Positions 54,601-64,000 of a stretch of 64,000 nt of DNA are shown here, piece after piece. The notes under the pieces were generated by a model. It did not search any database, was not told where the DNA came from, and saw only the letters and a list, made by a program, of their open reading frames with translations. A program made the position numbers and the translations under genes. Source of the stretch: an uncultured virus (IMG/VR IMGVR_UViG_2061766007_000649) (Duplodnaviria; Heunggongvirae; Uroviricota; Caudoviricetes; Crassvirales); the IMG/VR virus record IMGVR_UViG_2061766007_000649. The stretch is one strand, 5' to 3'. How positions within the stretch are numbered: position 1 is the first letter of the stretch; the number at the start of each line of letters is the position of its first letter.

Positions 54601-55593
54601 GAAGGAACAGACTTTGACAGTTTAACAAATCAGTTAGCTACTAACTTAGGTACATCTGTTGATAAACTATATAGAGTTTGGAGAAAAGAAAAAACTGTTG
54701 ATTCTGTAACTCAATATATGAAATCTCATAATCTTGGAAGCTGGGTTGGTATAACAAGAATGTATATACCTATAATATGTCAAGAGTTTGAGAGAATTGA
54801 TAAGTTCTTTGCTGACAAGAAAGAAACTCCAATACCTGTAGATCTGATATTCAAGGGCCCTATAAATGTTAATGGAAAGACCCATGATTTCATAGGAAAA
54901 CCAGATATCATAACTGTAGATAAAGATGGTAAATATCATATCTACGATATGAAGTCTTTCAGATATCAGGCTGGTGCAAGCAAGTCAGTTCCTGGATTTA
55001 AGAATACTACATTTATCTTAAATGGTATTAGAGGATTTGACAGCAAATATTCGTACTGGCAACAGCAGATGAGTATCTACAGAATGCTTATCGAATCTAA
55101 ATTAGGTAAAGGCACTGTAGTTCCAGAGTTTGGTGTTATTCCTGTGAGACTTGGATATGCTGTAGAAGGAAGTATTGATGACTATGTAGTTCCAGGAATT
55201 GGAGCACACAAGTTAACAGGAAAGGACGGAAAAGCACTACATCTAGATTTCTCAAATGCTCCTTTGGAGATGTCTCCTAGTAAGCATCCAGAAAGGGTTA
55301 CAAGATGTTACGATGATGCTATTAGAATTCCTGCCATAGAGGATATCACAACAATTAATCCTACTGGATGGAAGCAGATGTCTAAAGCAGATGAATTAAA
55401 GAGCTCATTACAGCAAGTTAGACAAGACGGTGTTTCGGTTAAATCTGAACCTAAAGCTGAAGTTGAAGTTGTAGCTGCTCCAAGTGAGCAAAGAGAACTA
55501 AAGAGTATGAGCCCAGATGAAATTGCTCAAGAGCTAGCTGGTCCTGAGGTAGATGTTAGTATTGAAGATCTAATCAACGGAGCTTGCTCCTAA
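48603..55593 (+). CDS. giant virion cargo protein (about 2300 aa) with C-terminal PD-(D/E)xK nuclease domain
   Basis: frame changes coincide with gaps; EAFEEGFEELFQ and hydrophobic segments; GKPDIITVD...IYDMKS...QQQMSIY. Confidence 0.65.
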
Positions 55594-55603
55594 CAAAAAA
55601 AAT

Positions 55604-55633
55604 AAAGGGAAGTGATTTTATCACTTCCCTTTT
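55604..55633. terminator. bidirectional terminator between convergent blocks
   Basis: AAAGGGAAGTGAT-ttt-ATCACTTCCCTTT flanked by A- and T-rich runs. Confidence 0.85.
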
Positions 55634-55639
55634 GTTTTA

Positions 55640-58600
55640 TTATCTCTCTAAAGTAGGAAACTTTTGTTGCTGTTTCTGGTACCTATCTATTGATTCTTGT
55701 TTTCCATACCAGTCTATTAATTGTACCTTATCCATACCTGGATCAGGGGTACTATCATAAGTAAATCCTATTTTAGTTAACCAGAATTTAGCCTCCTTTG
55801 CATTCCACTTTTCAAATCTCTCTCCTCCAGAAAGTAATGCAGAAACACCGTCAAACGCAGTCTTTAAACCAGAGCTGAACATGATAGAACTGGAGTAGTC
55901 ACCCATCTGAATTAGGTCGTTTGCAAATCTAACTGGATTCATCAAAGTAATGCCCTCATCCCTTACACNNNNNNNNNNNNNNNNNNNNNNNNTCCTGTCA
56001 TATAATACAAAGGATCCTTGGTATCATATATAGTATTCTTGAGCTGATAAGACATTACTCTATCATTAAACTCATCAGTGCCAGGAGTAAAGGCTCCATA
56101 AGAATAATCATTAATATTCTTAGGATACTGGAGCTTCCTATTTGGACTACTCCAATCAGCTAATTGCTCAGTAGCCTTTACCTCATCCCTATAAATAGCA
56201 CCCTTTGGAGCTAATATTCCGGGTTTGACTAATTTATTCTCACCAAGTAACTCAGGATACATTAAACTTAGCCCAGTTACTGAAGTTTTAAGTGGTAGTT
56301 TACCCTTCTTCTCATATACCTTCTTACCAATTTGCTGTTCATTTCCCCTATAAAGACTTCTAGCAAGAATAGCAAGTAAAAAGTTAAGCCAGAATCCTAT
56401 ACACATATCTGTAACTTTCTTTAATTGGTCAGGATCCCAACCACATCTAGTCATATGCTCTACAAGATTCTTATTTTTAAGTGCAAATGGCCAAGCTAAA
56501 AGCTCAAGAGTGTACGCAGCATACTGTCCCCTAGATATATTATCGTATTTAACTAACTCTCTATTGCTAAATACACTCCATAGAGCAAGTCTATAGGCGT
56601 CAAGCATAGCGTGCTTATATTCTCCAGCAGAAATAGAGTAATTACTATAATAGTTCCTCTGAATGTAGCCAAACATATAGCCCTTAATCTTGCCAAGAGA
56701 TTGAGTATAAACACCAGACTGGAATTCAGTGGCATTTAGCATTCCATAGACACCTTGAGAAGAGATAATATAGTCATTGATTCCATTGCAGAGCTTATAT
56801 TCATCATCCTCAGTAAAGCTGATTTCCCTAATAAGTTCCTTCAAGACATTTTCAATCTCATCTGCAGTCTTATAACCACCAGAAGGGTTATATATATTTA
56901 GACTTTCCCCGCTATTATTATAGAAATCCTCAAGTCTTCTAATTGCCTCAGAATCCTGAACTCTCATTATCTCTACATCTGGATTCTCTTCAGCAAGGCT
57001 GTTGTTCTCTATGATATCTGCTAGCTCTTTTCTGGCGGCATCAAGTACTTTATATTTAGAAATATCTCTAGAATCCTTAAGAATACCATTTAATATATAT
57101 GGATTACCATTATTATCAAACCCATAAACATCCGTAGCCTTAATTGCCTTACCTGTCTCGGCACTATATAGCCTCTTAGATCCTAACATAGAGTTATAAA
57201 TAATACCAATTAAGGCATTATCAGTAAGACTATAGTTGGCCATAGCTACATTTACAAGAGTTTGAAGAGATAAGAATCCCTTTCTTCTAGTAATCTTAGC
57301 AGGAGTTCTATATGAATCCCATCTGTCAACCAGCTTCTGGTACCTGTCAAATCCCATAGTTCCACCAGAGAATATTCTAGCAATCTCACCACCAACATGT
57401 TTAGGATTAAGGTTTAAAAGGGTTTGTTTAACTATATCTCTTAGTGTAACCCCCTCAACAACTCCCGCACCAACATCTTGAATGAAAATACGCATACCAG
57501 CAAGATAATTCTTTAAGCCCGCTATAGGAGAAATACATAGGGCTCTAATAGCACCAAAAGCACTGATAGCACCGGCTATACCCTTAAGATTTGTTGCTTT
57601 ATTAAGGAATCTCCCTAACCAAGTTTCCTCACTAAATCTCTTCTTTTGCTGACCTCTGTAGATAAGTCTTCTCATTATATTTTCTCTTTGTTGAGAAGAC
57701 ACTTCAGCGGCCTTACCTGCCTTACCGGTATTCTGTAAATCGGCTTNNNNNNNNNNNNNNNNNNNNNNNNNNNNNNNNNNNNNNNNNNNNNTAGCAACTT
57801 CCTGAGAGGTATGAAATCTACAGGCCATCTCCACATATTTATCTAATGACTTAAATAAATCTGTAGACAGGTCTTCCATATTATCAAGAAGATTAATGCC
57901 ATAGAGGGCAAGCTTATCAAGTTGAAGATCATCCTCTTCTTCTTTAACTAGAGCCACTGATTCAGTAATAGGACTACCAAAGTTATTAGAAGTCACATCT
58001 TCACAGTATGCAGCCAGGTCAGAAGTGTCAGATAAATCTTTCTTAATCTGCCTCTTATTCTTAATCCTGTTGATGAAGTTAGCCTTAAACTGAGGAATTC
58101 TTCCANNNNNNNNNNNNNNNNNNNNNNNNNNNNTCATTGCTAGTCTGATCAGTAAGATAGTCAGAGTCAATATGGTTCTTAAACTCTAAGATAGAATTAT
58201 AGAGCTCTCTAAACTCAGGGAACTGATTACAAAAATCAATAAAATTCTGATTGATATATGTTTTAGATAATATTCTATTCTTCCTATCAGAGTAAGCAGA
58301 ATCATAGAAGTCCTCCATTAGAGGATGATTATCCCTGTAATCCTGAAATACATTATATTTTTGGGCCTTGGACAGTCTCTTATATGAAGCCATATCAAAG
58401 GTATAGCTACCATCAGAAGTGGTTAGAGTACCATCTTCAAGTTCTTGTCTGAATTGGTCTTTAATTTCTTTAATTACAGCGCTCTTATCAGCCTCAAATT
58501 GACCCTTCTTAATATCTGTGATAAACCAGCCAGTCAGCTTTCCATCCTGAGTTCTCTCATATAGCATAGTTTCAGGATCATAGCCATACTGTTGAATTAT

Positions 58601-60364
58601 CCTCCTAGTCTTAGGGTCAGAGATAAACTTTCTCCATCTATTTTCTAAGTCAGTAAGGTCTGAGATCTCATTATTATATAAGATGGCTTCTTTAGCCTTT
58701 GACTTTCTAACTATATCATAGAAAATCTGAGTAGTAACATCTCTCTGATTAGAATAAGTTCTGAAGAAAGTAAGTACTCTACTAGTATCACTAAGTCTAT
58801 CTATATAGGAGGTAGCCAGTTTAGCAGCACTAATATGCCTTGCCTCTCTGATTTTTGCAGGGGAGAATAAACCGGGAGAAACNNNNNNNNNNNNNNNNNN
58901 NNNNNNNNNNNNNNNNNNNNNNNNNNNNNNNNNNNNNNNNNNNNNNNNNNNNNNNNNTCTGAAATGAAATTAGATATTCCATCCAAGAAAGTTGTGTCTA
59001 CAGAGGGCTCCCCGTCCTTAAAAGTTTTAAATGTTTCAGAGATATCACGAAGTGCCTTTGTTATCTCAGAGGCTTCAAATATAGTATTAATAGTATCTAT
59101 ATCAATGTCCTCCTCAAACATATCTTCAGAGAGAGCAGTAAGAGGCCCTGCTAGAATACCAAGTCTATCTAATAGACCCTGTACAGCACTTGAGGTAATT
59201 GCCAAGCTCTCCTCTTCACTTAAAGATACTAAATCTTTACCTTCTAATAGACTTCTACTAGAGAGCTTCTGATAGACATCTTTATAAGCAACCTTACTAA
59301 AATTATCAACTCTTGCACCCAGTCTTTTAATTCTGTCTAAGGTACCCTTTAATAATTTATTTTCCTCAGGGATAGAGCCTGCAGAGTATAGTGTAGTAGG
59401 ACTCTTTAATGCCTCATGAACGTCAAAGTTCTCATCAAATAAGAACCCATGAGCCAAAGTCTCAGCCATAACTCTTGCCTTCTGCTTCNNNNNNNNNNNN
59501 NNNNNNNNNNNNNNNNNNNNNNNNNNNNNNNNNNNNNNNNNNNNNNNNNNNNNNNNNNNNNNNNNNNNNNNNNNNNNNNNNNNNNNNNNNNNNNNNNNNN
59601 NNNNNNNNNNNNNNNNNNNNNNNNNNNNNNNNNNNNNNNNNNNTAATAGTATTCTCATTAATAGCTCCTAATAGTCTATTAATAAACACAGAATCTTTAC
59701 AGGCAATGGTGGCCAAGTGAGCACTCTCTTCTACTAGAACTTCCTCTATTGGGGCTCCTTTAGAGATCTCTATTAGATGATATAGGCCATCAAATGCAGT
59801 CTGAGCATTCTCGGTTGAAAACCTACCATTGTATTTATTTTTACCAACAAAATCATAGGCAACCCCCAACTGTTTAAGTCTATCGGAGATAATTTTAATA
59901 ATTCTATTGTTTTCAAGGTAGGTCTGCAAAGCAGCACTTCTATTGGGAGTTCTTTGGGAAAGGGTAAATTTAACTGTGTTGCCCTCATTTGGCATAATCA
60001 CTGGAACAAAATCATCTTTTAATTCCTCCTCAGCATTAAACTTAGAAACCTTTGAGGAAACTTCCTCAGTGGGAAGAGAGGACTCTTCCCACTTTTTGGA
60101 AAGTTTCTGTTTAATTTCATCAGAAGTAAAAGTGATTCCAGTAATATCCAAGAAGGCATGTGCATCAATTTGCCCGTTCTTGTCCAAAACAACATCAATA
60201 GCATCTACAGATGAGAGAAACCCCTCATCTGTAGCTATCTTATATTGTTGCTCTGCCCATTCATAATTGCCAGATATCTTCCATAAATCCTCAAATAACT
60301 TACTTGGGACATCTTGGTTCTTAGAATTCTTAACGCATGGAATTATAAAACAAGATTCACTCAT
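55640..60364 (-). CDS. giant RNAP-associated virion protein (about 1570 aa, gap-broken)
   Basis: fragments 60364-, 59658-, 58567-, 58170-, 55945- in series; degenerate zincin-like EESAH. Confidence 0.6.
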
Positions 60365-60370
60365 ATTTCA

Positions 60371-63300
60371 TTAATGTACTTTACATTGTGGTCTATCATC
60401 ACTGCTAGTTAACTCTTCATCTGCAGTTCTTTCTTTGGCATCATCATATCCCTCTTCAGCAGTAGAACTGGGAGCCTCTTCAGCATCAGTAACTATCTCA
60501 TCTGCTCCTAAAACTTTAGTAACTTGCGTTACTGCTGTATTATAGTTAAAGATGATTCCATTTCTCTGATTATATAATCCGGAGAGTTTGCTAGTTAATT
60601 CTTCTACATCTTCTCTAATATCATCGTTACTTACGGGGACATACATAATGGTTCTTTCAGATATTGGCTTATAGCTATCATAATCAATAGAGTACTTACC
60701 AAAGCTCTGTTTAGCCAATACATACATCATTCCGTCTACTCTAATAATAGGAACATAATAGAATCCAACAACTGCGTTGCCTTCCTTCTTAGCTTGGAGC
60801 TGAACTAAATCTGCAGAATTCCTGGGAGACACCTGTCCTTTCTTTGCTGAAATAAATATCAACTCTTTGATATTCGGATCCACCTCGGCATCCACAGTTC
60901 TGACCATCTTAGAGTCTTCATTGTGTGCCATAATGAACTGGTATAACTTCTTTTTTGCTTCTAGCTTTTTAGAAGTATCCATTTCATCATAGTATATATC
61001 GTTGGTGTGTCTATCAAAGAAATCAGCATAGGTCATACCAGAAGTTTCGTCTACTATAATAGATTGAAGAACAGAAACTGGAGCAGCTTCCATCAGTCTA
61101 TTATAAGCAGGATTTAAACCACTTCTGTAATACATATACATATAGAGGCCTTTAGCAACTTCTGGATATTTTTGCATAAGAACTTCCCAGTCAGAAGTAA
61201 TATTGAACTTCTCCCAAGAATCCCAAGAACTGGAGTAAGAAGGCTCAATTTCCAGTAAATCAGACCTTCCTTTTACCTCTCTAATACCTGAAACAAGAAT
61301 GGAGGTAAGTTGGCTATCTCTAATCTGAGGATCTTCTGTTGCTTCATTCCACTGCATGATCCAGCCATTAGTTTCTTCAGAAGCTTCTTCTGGATTTTCA
61401 GCATAATTTGGTAACAAGTATCTCAGAGCATTACTTACTGTCTGTCCCTCCATAATATAAGAAGGATTGAATTCACCAGGTAGGGATGAAAGAATTATTG
61501 TGGGTAAATCTTTATGTAATGCTTCCATTTGGTCTGCCCCAAGTCCCCAAGGAGCAATCAGCTTAGAAAGCACATCTCTGTAGCCCTGATAAAGAGGAGT
61601 GTTTAGAACAGTATATTTACTCATCATCATCATCATAGCATTGTCAACAATGTTAGCAAGTATGTTTTCATAGACGAAAGGATGGTCTTTATACTTCTCT
61701 AATAACTCCTTACTCTTATTCTCATCAAGTAAATCTTCTAATGTTATATCACGAGTGATTGGATATGCACCTTCACTGGTCTGAATTGTTATTCTACTAA
61801 ATTCTCTATTAGACTTATCTGCTGAACTAAGATAATCCTCACATCTAGATTTAATAGTATTAGCAGAAGTATTTCTAGTTTGCTGAACATAGTTACTAAA
61901 GTCTTGTTTAGTAGCCATGATAGAATTAAACAATTGAGCAACAGCAATTTGAGACTGATTAGAAGGACTGGCATCTAATGAAAGATTCTTAGCAAGTTCT
62001 TCAGAACTTAACCACCTACCATCAATAGATGCCTTAGCACCAAACATAGCACTTGCACCTTGAACTCCCCTGTTAGACAGCATTCTAGTAAGTGCTCTTC
62101 TAACACTAGTTTCCCCAGTTCTCTTCATAAATCTACACATGTCCTTGATAACTGGCTGATTAAGTAGTAAACCAATATCTCTAGTAGTGTAGCCCAGTCT
62201 TGCAAGCATTGCTGCGGCGTCTGCAGTAATAGAGTTAAGATTCAAGAAATTCAACACAGGATCCTTAACAGCATCAACTGATGCAGCAAGTAACTCTGCT
62301 AAAGTCCTCTTAATCAACACTCCATTAACTGTAGTATGAAGGAATGAAAGGCCAATATCATTAGTATCAATGCCCTCGGTAACTCCGTCCACCTCAGTGA
62401 CTGCATCTTTAAGGCTTCCAAACAGAATTCTATTCTTTGGATCAGTGATCTTAAAGGTTTTTAGCCCCTTAGATATGAAGTTATTAACACTATCATTAGC
62501 AAATATACCAATTAAAGTACCAGCAATTTGATTCTGTTCTTTGAACACAATGGAAGTCATAGGTTCTGAATAGTCATATTCAACCTTTGCATCTTCCATG
62601 CTAGGAGCATCCTTAACAAACTCAGAGAAGGGCTCGACTTCTGGATTCCATTTACCTGCAAACAGAAGTCTCATTAATTTTGCATCCTCTGAAGACTGAG
62701 CAAATCCACCAATAGTATATCTATCTTTAAGAGTAGACTCATCTGAGAGAATGGCAACCATACAATCTATAATAACATTGTCAAGGTCACTTTGGGACAT
62801 CTTCATTAGATCTTGAACATTCATATCATAGCTGATATGAGTACTCTGCATTTTGCCTTTTTGCAGCTTGTTCTTAGTCTCAGCAAAGACATCTTCCTTC
62901 TTTCCAAAGATAGTATCAAGGCCTGCAATATCCCAGTAAGTATGCCAATCTCTTCCTTCAGGACGACCCTCTTTCTCCCATTCTTGTCTGACAGCCTCTC
63001 TAACTCCGGGATTCTCTTCATAAATGGCCTTCCAAACATCTTCATTGCTGATAGGTTCAGCCTTGAAGTTATGGCGCATCAAGAAGAGCTTATCAATATC
63101 AAAGTCAAAGCCAGCAATAGTAGTACATTCAGCAGGGAGTTTAATGGTATTAGCTGCAGTTTTAGCATTGCATTTAACTATCTTAAGATGGAACATAGAG
63201 TACTCCATCTCAGTAGGAATACGATATGCGATTACATCAGTAATTCCAGGATAATCAATTTCAATCTTAGGAACTGCAGTATCATATCTGTCCTCAGTAA

Positions 63301-64000
63301 TGGCTTTGCCTTCAGCATCTAAGAAATAGCCATTCTCATCACAGTAATCTTGAAACCTAAGAGGCACCATATTTCCATTTTCATCTGTGTAATGGAAGTC
63401 AAATGCCATCTCTGTTTGCATAGCAACTGGAATGCCATTCTCAATAACTGCATGTAATCCAGTGTCAGTTAGGGCATCTTTACCATATCCCATAGAAGAT
63501 GCCTGAACAATACTACCGCCGGAAATTAACTGTCTAATAACGGTCTTCTTGAAGATGCTAATAACACTACTGTTGATATCACTAGCGTTGCTAGGCTCAC
63601 CAAATGGAATTGTAGGATTCTCACCATCAACTAAAGTTAGTCTAGAGATCGCAGCAAGATTACCTCTACCATTATTGAGAAGATTGTAAATCATATCACT
63701 AATGGCTTGAGNNNNNNNNNNNNNNNNNNNNNNNCTTTTGGAAGGACTTCATATATTTGAGGGCATGAGCAGCACCATATATCTGAGCAAGCTTCTTACC
63801 TGAAATCTTTTCTCCAGAATTATTAGAGGTTTTGCCAATAGTATAATCCTTGTCCTGCTTAATAGCACCAGTTCCAATCTTTCTACCCTGAGTACCAACA
63901 ATACTATTGCCATCAGTGTGATCAGGAATGTTGCTTTGGATCAAGTAATTCTCATTGGGAATAGTATGAACAATGTATTCAGTAGTATCCTCTCCAGTTC
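60371..64000 (-). CDS. virion-associated DNA-directed RNA polymerase, catalytic part (5' truncated)
   Basis: AYRIPTE, AGFDFDIDKLF (DxDxD), IGIFAN, LAASVDAVKDP; upstream GTQGRK fragment joined across gap 63712-63734. Confidence 0.88.

Noticed and set aside
7475..64000. Stop-codon reassignment (TAG/TGA) as seen in some Crassvirales
   Set aside because: Long genes read through in code 11, breaks coincide with N-gaps, TAG and TGA end genes at sensible places, and no clear suppressor tRNA is visible (one anticodon is masked)
19508..64000. Programmed frameshifts, introns or pseudogenes in TerL, portal, muzzle, cargo and RNAP
   Set aside because: The frame changes I checked sit at N-runs of unreliable length; no intron or intein motifs seen

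Overview
This window is a ~64 kb piece of a crAss-like phage (order Crassvirales) genome in the standard genetic code, most likely infecting a Bacteroidota host, since six TTG-N20-TAnnTTTGCA promoters are present. Many N-gaps break long genes into apparent ORF fragments. Layout: 1-7100, small uncharacterised minus-strand genes; 7475-55593, a plus-strand block with amidase, lipoprotein, exonuclease, two beta-helix tailspikes, lysozyme, a tRNA cluster, GroES-like and HU-like genes, terminase, portal, fibres, an accessory cassette, major capsid protein, ring/hub/muzzle proteins and large cargo proteins; 55640-64000, a convergent minus-strand block with a giant protein and the virion RNA polymerase (DFDID motif). 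The most unusual observations are a self-contained cassette at 28.7-31.6 kb led by a Gly-rich, hydrophobic, coiled-coil CCC protein; two 8/4-fold Sec-like tRNA-Ser genes; several unexplained structured non-coding elements; a recurrent GG motif in putative virion cargo; and swapped tailspike domains. All product calls come from motif recognition and gene order, not database searches.
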